Part shown: piece by piece, positions 38,232-48,978 of the stretch
How positions within the stretch are numbered: the first letter of the stretch is position 1
Layout: the number at the start of each line of letters is the position of its first letter
Assembly: GCA_963749495.1 (NCBI GenBank)
Contig: CAVVMW010000012.1
Coordinates: 288,001 to 352,000, forward strand
Reading direction: 5' to 3'
DNA length: 64,000 nt
Source: an uncultured bacterium
Lineage (GTDB): Bacteria > Verrucomicrobiota > Verrucomicrobiia > Limisphaerales > UBA8199
Notes under the pieces: model-generated
Seen by the model: the letters and a program-made list of their open reading frames with translations, nothing else
What the model was told of the DNA's origin: nothing
Database searches by the model: none
Made by a program: the position numbers and the translations under genes

Positions 38232-41200
38232 AAAATATATTAACGAAATGTTTTGAAGCCATGGCAATCAGTCGGCTGAGCACATGGTATAGCCGTAGGC
38301 CAGAGCTACGAGTCGGGGGGCCCCTGGCGATGATCGTCCTTTCGGCTCTGTTCTGTGGTGTTCACATCAGTTCCGTGCAGGCTTCGCCATCAGTCCTCTG
38401 GGCCGGCACATGTGGCTCTTCGAATATCGTCCGGGTGGTGTTCGATGAGGCGGTGTCGAGCGATGCGTCGAATCCTGCTAATTACACGCTCGACCAAGGC
38501 CGCTGCATCGCCAGCGCCGCCCAGACAAGTGACGCGTTGACCGTGCTGCTCCTCGTCAGCCCCGCCCTCCAAGCTGGCGTTGATTACTTGCTCACGATTC
38601 AAAATATTCGGGACCTCGCCACGCCCCCAAATGTATTGAGCAATGAATCGGTTGCGTGCCACTCTCATTATTATCCGGGGGTTACTTGGGACGCTTACAT
38701 CACCACCTCCGGTGCCTTGCCGAACTTCAATTCCCTAACCCCAGTGGGCAGCGGCTTAGCCAAGGCCTTCACCCTGGGGATGGAGACATGGGATAAATGG
38801 TTCGCTGTGCGTTTCCGTGCTTACCTGGATGTCACGTCACCCGGTACATACACCTTCTATACCTCATCGGACGATGGATCAATGGTCTGGATCGGCAACG
38901 CCCCGGTCGTCAATAACGCTGGCGCGCACGCGATGCGAGAGGCCAGCGGGACGACCAATCTTGCCTCCGGCCTCTATCCCGTCACAGTCGGTTTCTTTCA
39001 AGGCGTCCTCGCCTACGGGCTCACGGTTAGCTGGGAAGGGCCAGGAATTAGCAAGCAGCCCATTCCGCCCGAGGTCCTTTACAACACTCAAGCCCCGTAC
39101 AACATTCCGTTGCCCACTGCTCCCAGCAGCGTCGTTGTGAACGCCTTGGCCGCGACGCAAGCGCGTCTCGGATGGACGGAGAGCGCTACCAGCCCGCAGG
39201 GGTACCTAATCGAGCGTTCTCGGAACCTCAATGCCTGGGCTGCGATTGCAGTTGTCCCAGCCAGTGCCACCAATTACGACGACACCGGTCTTGAACCTGC
39301 CACGCTTTATTACTACCGGATTTCGGCGCTTAACGAGGCTGGCTGCGTCCCGAGCGCTGCTTCGTTTGCGGCCACGCCGAGCGTGCTGTCGAAGGCACCG
39401 CCCGTTATTTTGGCCCAACCACAGAGCCAGCGAGTAAATGAAGGGAGCTTTGTCATCTTCCAAGTCGGGGCATCGGCCACGCCCCCCCTAACGTACCAAT
39501 GGAGCAAGGATGGCACGAGCATTGCCAATGCGACAAACGATATTTATATCATTGCCGCAGTGGCTCCCGGTGACGAGGGCGCATATTCAGTTACGGTTGC
39601 GAGCGCCGAGACCAACATCGCGAGCGATTCAGCGCTGTTGCGAGTGAATCGAGTGGTGCAGGGAACTACGCTGGTCTGGGATGCAGATCTTTCCACGGTT
39701 GGCGCGCAAGATGGCAACGGAACGTGGCTGAACGGTGGCAATGGCTGGTATGCGTCTTCCGGAGACACAGGCTGGTTCGACAATAACGTCGCGGCGTTCG
39801 GCATCAGCGCTACCACTAATTGCACCGTGGCGCTTGCCAATAGGGTGGCCCCGAGCGGAATCGTGTTTAATGCCACCGGGGGTGGGAGTTACACCATCGC
39901 GGGGACGGGTGTCATCGACACGGCCAATACTCCCTCGATTACGGCCGACGCAGACGGAGTGATCAGCGCTGTACTGAGTGGCTCGAACGGCTTCGTCAAA
40001 CTTGGCAACGGCACCCTCACCCTTTCAAACGCAAATACATACGATGGGGTCGCACTCGTTTTGGCAGGCACGCTGAGACTTGGAAGCGCTACGGCGCTGG
40101 GGACTGTCGCCGCAGGAACCACAATAGCTCCAGGAGCGACTCTCGATGTCAATGGCCAAGATCTTAGTAGGGTTAATGAGATCGTTAGCGTCAGCGGCGT
40201 CGGTTCAGGCGGCAACGGTGCGGTGATTAATAGCAGATCTAGCGAGGGTTGGCTAAACAGTCTCACCTTGACGGGCGACACGACCATCAGCACGGCCAAC
40301 CCTCTCTCGATCGGCTCAACGATCGGCCAGAACGGCACGTTGAAACTAGGCGGCTTCACCCTGACCAAATCTGGACTAGGACAGTGTGTTCTCAACGGCA
40401 TCAAAATGACCGGAACGGGCAACATCAGCGTTAATCAGGGCACGCTTAGGCTGACGGCTGGCTACCATGGCCCGGAGGAGAATACGTCTTTGAGTGGTAA
40501 TGGAAGCCTGACCGTGAACCAGGGGGCTACGCTGGCGATGAATCCTTGGGATTCTTCGTTGGCGTTGACCATGCCGATTATATTAAACGGCGGCGCCTTG
40601 CTGTGTGATTGGCCTACCGAGGCGCTTTCAATCGCGAGCCCGATCACGCTGACTGCAGCCAGCTTCTTCAACCTCAACGACACCGCCAACTATAACGTGA
40701 GCTTCACCGGGGTGATCTCCGGCACCTCCGGGTTCACCAAGCAAGGCGGGAACCTCATGCGCCTGTATGCCACAAACACGTACACCGGCCCCACGATCGT
40801 CAGCGGTGGCACACTGCTTGTGAACGGTTGGCTGAGCACAAACAAGGTCAGCGTAGAGAACGGTGCCACGCTTGGCGGCGCTGGCGTCATCTCTGGCCCT
40901 GTCGTAGTGCAAGCCGGTGGCATGCTCGCACCGGGGACCAACGGGAACGGCGGCCTCACACTCAGGAACACGGTGAACTTGGCGGGCACCGTTCTGGTGA
41001 ACGTCAGCAAGACCGCCACGAATCTAACTAATGGGCGTATCATCGGAGTCAGCACGCTCAGTTACGGGGGAGCCTTGGTTGTGACCAGGTACCTGGGACC
41101 CTGCCCTTCGCCTCCGGTGACAAGCTGACGCTGTTCACGGCGACACACTATACGGGGTCGTTTGTTCGCTTCAGTCTCCCCCCACTCGGGGCCACGTTGG

Positions 41201-41475
41201 CCTGGGACACCACGAAATTGGGAGCGGATGGGTCGATCTCGGTGGTGACGGTCACTGCTCCTCAAATCAGCGGCTTTTCCCGGGTTGGGGAAACCGTGTT
41301 CTCGTTCACCCTGTCCAACTCTGTCCCAATCAGCTACACAGTTCTCGCCTCTACGAACCTGGCAACCTGGGAGATCGTTCCTTCGGGCTTACAGTTCCTG
41401 AACGGCACCTATTACATCGCAGATCCCGGCGCAAGGAGCAGTCAGCGCCGCTTCTACCGCCTCCAATTCCCTTGA
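38228..41475 (+). CDS. Large secreted protein: Ig-like, PA14, FN3, Ig, autotransporter-associated beta-strand repeats, ASTNL..W..RFYR tail; frameshift near 41100
   Basis: GTYTFYTSSDDGS, LEPATLYYYRISALN, LTYQWSKDG, KLGNGTLTLSNANTYDG, NTYTGPTIVSGGTL; tail in ORF 41197..41475; start uncertain. Confidence 0.85.
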
Positions 41476-41762
41476 AGTGCTCCTTGATCAACCACGGCCG
41501 GAGAAATTGAAAGGCGCATTACCGACACTCACACGTTTAGGTCAACCGCGACCTGAAATTGTATTCGGCACTGCTTCGCTGGGTTGGAATCCAGACCAAG
41601 TCCTGCGTGCCGCCGCAGGCCTTCCACGGAAGCGTGTCTGCCGTGATAGGGGATAGGGGTCACGCATAGCTTGGTTTTTGTTCAGGACGTTCAGGAGGGG
41701 TGCGCGACAAAAAAGTAACCAAAATTTGAGCAGGCCCGCCTGCTGATTGATTTTTGTTGCTA

Positions 41763-41786
41763 TATTGTATCTAGTTAGATACAATA
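41763..41786. promoter_or_regulatory. Palindrome upstream of the IS orfA
   Basis: TATTGTATCTA-GT-TAGATACAATA, 6 nt before ATG 41793. Confidence 0.65.
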
Positions 41787-41792
41787 CGCACC

Positions 41793-42179
41793 ATGACCGC
41801 TTCGCTTTCTCAGCTCGAAGACCGGCGCGAGCAGATCCTTGAACAGATCAAGGCTATCAACCGGTTGCGCCGCGGCTCCTTAAGCCGCCAATTCTTCAAG
41901 AAACCCCGCGCTGGCTCCAAAGCCCCCCAGGGCCCTTACTACGTGCTCCAAGCCTACTTCCATGGGCAGAAGTTCGCCGAGCGCATCCCGGCCGATCAGG
42001 CCCCCCAAATCGAACCCCTCGTCGCCAATTACAGACGCTTTAGCGAACTGGCCGAGGAGTTTGTCACCGTCACCGACCAAATCACCCGCCTGAGTCAAGC
42101 CGCCCCCGACGCAAAAAAAAACTCCAGACCGAAGTCGGGCAGGAGCGATTCCGGGAAGCCAACGCCTTCATCCGGTTAG
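41793..42179 (+). CDS. DUF6788-like IS accessory protein (orfA)
   Basis: LRRGSL, GPYYVL, VANYRRFSEL, ends AKKNS over an A9 run. Confidence 0.75.
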   Translation: MTASLSQLEDRREQILEQIKAINRLRRGSLSRQFFKKPRAGSKAPQGPYYVLQAYFHGQKFAERIPADQAPQIEPLVANYRRFSELAEEFVTVTDQITRLSQAAPDAKKNSRPKSGRSDSGKPTPSSG

Positions 42180-43495
42180 TCCAAGGGCAGTGGCAACAGC
42201 AGGGAGTGCGCAATCTCGAGGCGGTGGAAATTGGCCTGCGCGAGGCGCTCTTCCGCGATGCCTGTGGGATTCTGGGGGATTTGCTCAACGACCCGGCGCT
42301 GCCGGTGCCCGAGGATCAGGGCCGCCCAGGCGAAAGGTGCCACGCCGGCCGGCCCAAGGAGCCGCTGACCCTCTTCGGGCTAGTGGCCCTACGGCGCAAC
42401 TATTACTATTGGGCGAGCCGGGAGCAAGGCCGTGCCCCGCTGGACCAGGCGCTGGGTCTGTGGGCAGGCTATTCGCCCGGGGTGCTGCGGATCATTTGCC
42501 GCGCGGCCGCGCGCCATCCCTTCGACGTGGCGGCGGCCGAGCTCAAAGCCTATTGCGGGCTGCAGGTCGAAGGCCGCCAGATTCAGCGCATCGCTCAGGA
42601 AATGGGACCGCGGGTGCGGGCGGTCCAAGAACAATTGCCTCCCTTCAAGCATGACTCGGGCCTGATTCCCGTCATGTATATCGCCGTCAATGGCACCGGG
42701 GTTCCCATGCGGCCCGAGGAATTGGAAGGCCGTGCCGGCAAGCAACCCGATGGCTCAGCCAAGACCCGAGAGGTCAAGTTGGCTTGTGTGTTTACCCAAA
42801 CCACCCTTGATGAGGAGGGATTGCCGTTGCGGGACTTTGAGTCCTCCAGCTACGTGGCAGGCTTTGAAGAGGCACCCGATTTCATGGTGCGGGCACGCCA
42901 GGAGGCCCTCCGCCGCCGTCTGCCGGCAGCGCAGGTGTCGGTGCTGCTGGGCGACGGGGCTGCCTGGATTTGGGACCACGGGGCGAAGTGCTTCCCGATG
43001 GCCTTCCAAATTCTGGACTTGTATCACGCCCTGGAACATCTCTCCGACCTGACGAAATTGCTCGAACCGGACCCTGCCGCCGCCCAGGCCCTGTGGCGAA
43101 CTTGGCGCGAGCAGTTCTTGGCCGACGACGTGGAGGAAGTCCTGCGTCAAGCCCGGGAAAGGACGGGCAAACTGGCCGCTCAGACTGCTGAATCAGCAGG
43201 CAAGCAGATCGCATACTTCGAGCACAACCAGAGCCGTATGCTCTACGCCACCTACCGCGCTTTGGGATTTTTCTACGGCTCGGGGGTGGTCGAAGCCGGC
43301 TGCAAAACGGTTATCGGCGGACGCTGCAAGTGCTCCGGCATGCTTTGGTCAGAAGAGGGAGCTACCCACGTCCTGGATTTGCGCTGCGCTCTGTATGGCA
43401 ACCAATTCGACCAAGTTTGGGATCGCTTAAACCAAAGCGATTACCTGCGAATTCGCGTCGCCAACCCCCCGGCTCAAGCCGAGGAAGCTGCGTAA
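42113..43495 (+). CDS. ISKra4-family transposase, probably entered by a -1 frameshift; first catalytic D appears as N
   Basis: TLFG..RRNYY, IAVNGTGVPM, TREVK, GDGAAWI, ILDLYHA, GSGVVEAGCK. Confidence 0.85.
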   Translation, partial: KKKLQTEVGQERFREANAFIRLVQGQWQQQGVRNLEAVEIGLREALFRDACGILGDLLNDPALPVPEDQGRPGERCHAGRPKEPLTLFGLVALRRNYYYWASREQGRAPLDQALGLWAGYSPGVLRIICRAAARHPFDVAAAELKAYCGLQVEGRQIQRIAQEMGPRVRAVQEQLPPFKHDSGLIPVMYIAVNGTGVPMRPEELEGRAGKQPDGSAKTREVKLACVFTQTTLDEEGLPLRDFESSSYVAGFEEAPDFMVRARQEALRRRLPAAQVSVLLGDGAAWIWDHGAKCFPMAFQILDLYHALEHLSDLTKLLEPDPAAAQALWRTWREQFLADDVEEVLRQARERTGKLAAQTAESAGKQIAYFEHNQSRMLYATYRALGFFYGSGVVEAGCKTVIGGRCKCSGMLWSEEGATHVLDLRCALYGNQFDQVWDRLNQSDYLRIRVANPPAQAEEAA

Positions 43496-43597
43496 TGGCA
43501 CCTAATTGTTACTATTTTGTCCGGCTCCCCGTCAGGAGGCGGCCAAAGACTATGTGTTGACCGCTTCTTTTTCGTTCGGCACAGTGATTGATTGCGC

Positions 43598-43920
43598 ATG
43601 AGAAAATGCCGAATGCTCATCGGCTTGGCCATCGCGCTGAACCTGGGTGCCTTGGGTGCCGGGCATCGGGCGGTCCTTGAGAGCCCCTTCAGAAGGTACC
43701 GGTCTCATCTGACGGAAAGAGCCTGGGATGCGTTGACCGCGCGACCGGGTCTGACCATTTGCGCCGGGAGGCTGTCTCGGGCTGCGCTCTGGTCCGCCGG
43801 GACGGGAGGGAGTATCCCGCAACCTCGGCTGCGCTCGCGGACGGCCGCCTGGCGCTGGACTTCGGCGATGCTGGAGTCGAGGCCGTGCTCAAGGGTGACG
43901 AATCGGTGGTCGACGCTGAA
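43598..43920 (+). pseudogene. Remnant of a secreted-protein gene
   Basis: Signal peptide MRKCRMLIGLAIAL, then GREYPATSAALADGRLALDFG in another frame. Confidence 0.35.
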
Positions 43921-43945
43921 GCCTGTGTTGCAGAACACTCCGTGC

Positions 43946-44838
43946 ATGAGCGCGCATCAGGGCCGGTTTGTCCGCCGATGGCGGGGCTTCGAGTTTTCTC
44001 TCCTCTTCCTGGCCGTCGTTGGCGGGGCCTTTGCCCAGGAGCCGGCCGGGGGGCTGGACGCCGCCATCGAGCGACACCGCAAGGGCCTCTTGGTCATAAT
44101 GGCGTCGCCGGGGACGGACGTGACGGTCGAACAGCAGCGGCATGAGTTCTGGTTTGGCGCCGCGTTGGCGAACCAGGCCTTCAATGGAGGCATGCGCCCT
44201 GAGGACCGGCAGAAGTATCTCAGCGTCTTTCTCACCAACTTCAACGCGGCCGTGACCGAGAACGCCTTGAAACGGCACGACATGGAACGGAGCCGCGGCA
44301 ACGTGAATTACCGGACGGTGGACGCCATTCTCGCCTGGACCGGGGAGCACCGGATTCCGCTGCGCGGACATAATATCTTCTGGGGGATTCCCGGCATGGT
44401 GCAGGATTGGCTCAAGGCGATGACCGACGACGATTTGCGGGAGGCGCTCCAGGCCCGGGCGCTGGACATCGGCCGCCGCTACCGGGGCCGCTTTGCCGAA
44501 TATGACTTGAACAACGAGATGATCCACGGCAATATCGGATCTGCTTCGCCTGCCCGCGGGTCGAAGGGATACTGATGTGGGGCTTCTGGGAAGGGGCCAA
44601 CTGGATTCCCGTCTCCTCCCTTTACCGGCGGGATTGGACGCCGCTGCCCGCCGCGGACGCCTACCGGGACCTGGTGTTCCGCCAATGGTGGACGCGCTGG
44701 CAGGGCCGCGCGGATGCCCAGGGCCGGTGCGAGGTGCGGGCGTTTTACGGCCAATACCGCATCCAGGCAGGCGGCCACGAGCGGCTGGTGCGCCTGCCAA
44801 AAGCCGATGGCAGGTTGGTAGTTTCTTTCAAAGACTGA
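43946..44838 (+). pseudogene. GH10 endo-xylanase with an internal deletion near 44535-44560
   Basis: HEFWFGAA, TENALK, LRGHNIFWG, YDLNNE, then jumps to VEGILMWGFWE; no nucleophile (TE) strand visible. Confidence 0.8.
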
Positions 44839-44872
44839 TTTTTTCCTCGACCATTTCTTTGCTGCGGCCACC

Positions 44873-46654
44873 ATGCCTGGCGTGATGACCAGGAGTTCGC
44901 ATCGTCTCGGGTCCGGAGTGGCTGCGGCGCTCTTGATGGCACTTTGTCCGGTCTTGGGCCAAACCGCCGCGCCTCGCTGGAATGTCCTTGAGGCCGGTGC
45001 CAGGCCGGACGGGCAAACGGATGGCACGGCTATTTTTCAAAGGCTGCTCGACGACGCCGGGAAAGCGGGCGGCGGCGTGGTGGAAGTCCCGGCCGGTCGT
45101 TACCGCATCGAAGCCAACCTGTCGATTCCGGCCAATGTGACCCTGCAGGGGATCTATCGCGTGCCGCCCACGCCCGGGCCGCTCCAGGCGGGCGCCCCGA
45201 ATGGCTCGGTGCTGCTGGCCTTCGCCGGGCGCGGTTCGGCCGAAGGACGGCCCTTCATTCGCCTGGCGGGCAATAACGCCGCGCTGGCCGGTCTTGTGAT
45301 TGCTTACCCGGAATGGAAGCAGAGCGATGTCCCGCCCGTGCCCTACCCGCCCTGCGTGCTGGCCGACGGCCCGGAAAACGTCGGCATTCGCGACTGCTGT
45401 TTTCTCAATCCCTACGAGGCGATCAAATTGGTGCGCGCGGCGCGCCACCTCGTCCGCAATGTCACCGGCTACCCCAGCAAACGCGGCATTTACGTGGATG
45501 AATGTTACGACATCGGCCACATCGAGAATGTGCATTTTTGGCCGTTCGGCGTTTCATACCAGCCGGATGATCCTTTCTGCAAATGGGTCAACACTCAAGG
45601 CGTCGCCTTCGAGTTGGCACGCACGGACTGGCATTACGTCCACAACACCTTCTGCTTCGGCTACGGCGTCGGCTACAAATTCTCGAAGTCCGCGCACGGC
45701 AGCGCCAACGGGAATTTCCTGGGGTTGGGCGCCGATTCCTGCCGGCGCGCGGTCCTGGTCGAGCAGGCGCAACCGCCCGGGCTCCTGATCTCGAACGGCG
45801 AATTCGTCGGGCGCTGGGGCAGCACCGATTCGGTCTGCCTCGAGATTGGGCCGGAGGTCGAGGGGACTGTGAGCCTGGCCAACTGCTCGTTCTGGGGCCC
45901 GATTGACCGCTGTGTCTGGATGCGCAGCGCCGCCGGGCAATTCACCGCCAGCGCCTGCCACTTCCTGGAGTGGGACAACGGCGGGGCCGGCTCGCCCGCG
46001 ATTCAATTGGACGCCGGCCGGGCGATCGTCCAGGCCTGCACTTTCAACCAGGCCAAGCTGCAGGTGGCGGTGGCAACGAACGTCACCTCGGCCATCCTCA
46101 CCGCCAACCAGGCGCAGGGTGGTTTCCGGGTGCGCAACCACGCCGGCAAACGCGCCCAGATCGCTCTCAACGAGGAAGACGCGCTCGACTGGACTGCCGA
46201 GGCCCGCGCCCATTATCGAATCACCCTTGGCGAGCCGGGGGACGCGCGCTATCTCGAGGCCTGGCAAGGGCCCGAGAAAGCAGCCCGGCCATTCCGCTGG
46301 TCCGGGGCCATATCTCGCCTGGTGCTCCCGGTTCTGCCTGGCAGGAGCTATACGCTGACCCTGGACCTTCAGTCGCCGACGCAAGCCTTGTCGGCCGACG
46401 CCGGACTCTACCTGGACGGCAAGTTGGTGGCGCCGCTCAAGAGCCAATCTGCGCTGGAAGCGACGCTCCCGCCCGCCACTGGGGACAGCATCGAGCTGGA
46501 GCTGCGCTGCAAGGGCTGGGTGCCGAAGCAGGTGATCGCCGGTTCGGGCGATCCTCGCGTGTTAGGCGTGCAGGCCTTCGGCCTGGTGATGAAAGCCGAA
46601 GGGGCCGTTCCGCAGGTCTTCGATGCCAACACCGGCCAAACGCGCAACCAGTGA
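44873..46654 (+). CDS. Secreted pectate-lyase-3/GH28-like beta-helix protein
   Basis: NVLEAGARPDGQTDGTAIFQ, GGGVVEVPAGRY, IPANVTLQG. Confidence 0.82.
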   Translation: MPGVMTRSSHRLGSGVAAALLMALCPVLGQTAAPRWNVLEAGARPDGQTDGTAIFQRLLDDAGKAGGGVVEVPAGRYRIEANLSIPANVTLQGIYRVPPTPGPLQAGAPNGSVLLAFAGRGSAEGRPFIRLAGNNAALAGLVIAYPEWKQSDVPPVPYPPCVLADGPENVGIRDCCFLNPYEAIKLVRAARHLVRNVTGYPSKRGIYVDECYDIGHIENVHFWPFGVSYQPDDPFCKWVNTQGVAFELARTDWHYVHNTFCFGYGVGYKFSKSAHGSANGNFLGLGADSCRRAVLVEQAQPPGLLISNGEFVGRWGSTDSVCLEIGPEVEGTVSLANCSFWGPIDRCVWMRSAAGQFTASACHFLEWDNGGAGSPAIQLDAGRAIVQACTFNQAKLQVAVATNVTSAILTANQAQGGFRVRNHAGKRAQIALNEEDALDWTAEARAHYRITLGEPGDARYLEAWQGPEKAARPFRWSGAISRLVLPVLPGRSYTLTLDLQSPTQALSADAGLYLDGKLVAPLKSQSALEATLPPATGDSIELELRCKGWVPKQVIAGSGDPRVLGVQAFGLVMKAEGAVPQVFDANTGQTRNQ

Positions 46655-46729
46655 GGCGCGTTGAAAACTGCTTCATCACGGATGCCATCAACGAGATGGA
46701 GTGGTGGGTGGCTTTTCACCCGGAGGGAG

Positions 46730-46824
46730 AGGGCCGAAGGCCCGCAATGTGAAAGCCTGGGGTGAAGCGCGCAGCGCGCAGCCCCAGGTAAGGGCAAAGA
46801 GAGGTTTCGCCCGCCCTGTAGGGG
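46730..46824. repeat. Left arm of a REP-like element (AGGGCCGAAGGCCC family); right arm at 49809-49840
   Basis: 32-bp inverted repeat with 1 mismatch between 46730-46761 and 49809-49840. Confidence 0.75.
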
Positions 46825-46833
46825 GAATGGCGC

Positions 46834-48299
46834 TTACATAAGACCGAGCTTGCGCAAACGGGCCCTGGTGCGGCGCGTGTGACGTTTGAGATGATCGCGG
46901 AACCTGCGGCGGGGTGCGTTGAGCCGCGGGTATTTGTTTTTCTTGCGTTTGACGGCGCGCGGCTCGCGTCGGTTTGGCCGCTCGGGGACCAAATCGGCGG
47001 CTAGCGTTTCGAGCAGATCGGACCACAGTTGGCGGCGTTTCTTTTTGGAGCGGGCTTGGGCCATGGCCTGGGTAAAGTGCCGGATTGCGTCCAGCGAGCC
47101 TTTGAAGCTGATGCGCTCCAGGGGCACCTCATGTTCGGTGGCGGCCTGAGCCATGGTGCCACGGATGAGATTGTGGGCGATGAGGCGCGTGTAGGCCTCT
47201 TTGCGAACCATGTTCGGGCTGCGCCCGCGGAGGGTCTCCATTTCCAGAGTGGTTTTCAGGTCATCCAGGCACATCTCCAGGCGCCACCGCCGCAAGTAAG
47301 CGCGGAGGATCTGTTCGGCGGGGTAGAGTTCTGGGTCCAAGAGCGTGGTCACCAGTTTGACCTGGCGTACGCGGAAGCCTTTCTGATAGCAACTGCCCTT
47401 GACCACGCGCACCGTCAACTGGCTGGGCAAGCCAATCCATTGGAGCAGCGTCAGCCAGGGAGCCCGGCGCTGGGGTTTTCCCCACACGAAGAGCCAGTCG
47501 TTTCTGCCCAAGCGGCGGAGGCGCCTTCGCCCATCGAGCCGGCGCGTGGACCGCCCGATGAAGTCCACGTTCAGAAGGTGCTTGAGCCAGGCGAGGACCG
47601 CGTAAAAACCGAAGCCGCGGTCTGCCACCAGGATATCCCCGGCCACCAATTGGCTGCTGAGCAGCGTCAACAACGACAGTTCGGAGAGCGCCAAGCTGCC
47701 TTGGGCCATGGCCAGGATCGCGCCGCTGAGCATGGAAAAGAGCACGACGATGCGCATCTTGGGGAAGCTGGGTTTGTCGGCGCACTGCAGAGGGGGATAC
47801 GCCCTTCGGTTTTTGCGCGTGTCGGCCAGCGTGAGGGCCGAGCCGTCGGCGGCCTTGAGGGGCCGGCCTTGGAGTTGAGTCAGGGCCGGGACTTGCTTGT
47901 CGGCGGCCCGGGCGGTGGCGGCCAAAACCTTGGGGAATTGCCTGAGCGGCAGGCGGGCCTTGGCGCGGCAGTAGGCGCCGTCCTCGGGGGAGATCTGGGG
48001 GCCGTCTTCCAAGAGGAAGAGGGCCTGGAGTTGGCGCACGACCTCGCGCCCGGAGGCGTCGGGGTTGAGGGCTTGCCAGACCATGCACCAGAAGGTGCGC
48101 CAGCGGGTGTAGTCGCGGTCGCGGCAGTTTTTGTGGGCGGAGGCCTTGGCCTTGGGAAAGCACTCCTGGGTACCGAGGAGGAGAAGCACTTTTCCAGTTG
48201 GCAGAGGGTATAGGCGCGGACCTGGCGGCAGGCGTGGGCGGTGCGGGAACCCAAGCGGGCCAGGCGAGAGCGCCAGGGTGGGAAAAAGGGCGTGTGCAT
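46834..48299 (-). CDS. IS4-family transposase, frameshift near 48175
   Basis: AYCRAKARLP, AADGS, VADRGF, YLRRWRLEMCLDDLK (YREK), RREPRAVKR. Confidence 0.9.
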
Positions 48300-48319
48300 G
48301 TCCAGTATATATACTGGAC
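48300..48319. promoter_or_regulatory. Perfect 20-bp palindrome between the divergent IS genes
   Basis: GTCCAGTATATATACTGGAC, abutting the transposase ATG. Confidence 0.7.
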
Positions 48320-48351
48320 TATGCTTGACCGGCAAGCTAAAATTGAGGCCG

Positions 48352-48702
48352 ATGAACAAAAATCTGTATGAGGGCACCGCCTCCTGGGACCGGCAATACG
48401 AGCAATTGCGACGCCGTTTGAGCCAAATAGGCTACCTCAGCCAGGGCTCGGTGCAGGACCGCACGCGGCGCTCGGGCGGAGGTACCGGTTACCAGTGGAC
48501 GCGCAAAGTCGCGCAGAAGACGATCACCGTCTCACTAACCCAGGAGGAGTTCGAGCAGATGCGCCAAGCGGTTAACCACTACCGACAGGTGCGGGGGCTG
48601 TTGCGTGACATGGAGCGGCTGTCCCGCAAGATTATCTTCCAGAGGGCACCTCATCCCCATCGACGCAAGCGCCTAAGCGCCAAAGTTTTAGGCACTAAGT
48701 AA
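48352..48702 (+). CDS. DUF6788-like IS accessory protein, divergent from the transposase
   Basis: IGYLSQGSV, YQWTRKVAQKTITVSL, AVNHYRQV; stop lies inside the TIR. Confidence 0.78.
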   Translation: MNKNLYEGTASWDRQYEQLRRRLSQIGYLSQGSVQDRTRRSGGGTGYQWTRKVAQKTITVSLTQEEFEQMRQAVNHYRQVRGLLRDMERLSRKIIFQRAPHPHRRKRLSAKVLGTK

Positions 48703-48978
48703 GTGCCATTCCCCTGTAGGGGCGGAAGATGGCTTCTCGTCCTGAGGGCGAGGTGAAAAACGATGTTGGCCCGAGACTGGGGCATGAGGGGTGACGCCCT
48801 CCCCAGGAACCGACCCCAAGCCCGCAGGTTTTGGACTGCGGCAGTCCAAAACGCTTCGCGGGACGGGAACGCAGTGTCGAGGTTCAGGGGCGCAAAGCGC
48901 GAATTCGTTCCGGGAATTCTTACAGGGCTGGGGACCTTCGCGACGGTGGTTGACCTGGGCCTCCGCTCGTCTGACTCG

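Larger units (their letters stand above)
41698..43529 (+). mobile_element. ISKra4-type insertion sequence
   Basis: Imperfect TIRs GGGTGCGCGACAAAAAAGTAAC / rc GGGAGCCGGACAAAATAGTAAC; flanks CGT(T)CAGGAG ~9-bp target duplication. Confidence 0.85.
46825..48711 (-). mobile_element. IS4-family insertion sequence with an 11-bp target duplication
   Basis: TIR GAATGGC(G/A)CTTAC(A/T)TA; CCCTGTAGGGG at 46814-46824 and 48712-48722. Confidence 0.92.

Noticed and set aside
41490..41680. Possible structured RNA before the ISKra4 element
   Set aside because: Only weak stems and no recognisable riboswitch motif.
29926..42690. Cluster of G->A lesions (E->K, W->stop, two D->N) as targeted deamination
   Set aside because: Only four events, and transitions are the commonest mutation; the CG context is expected at this codon bias.
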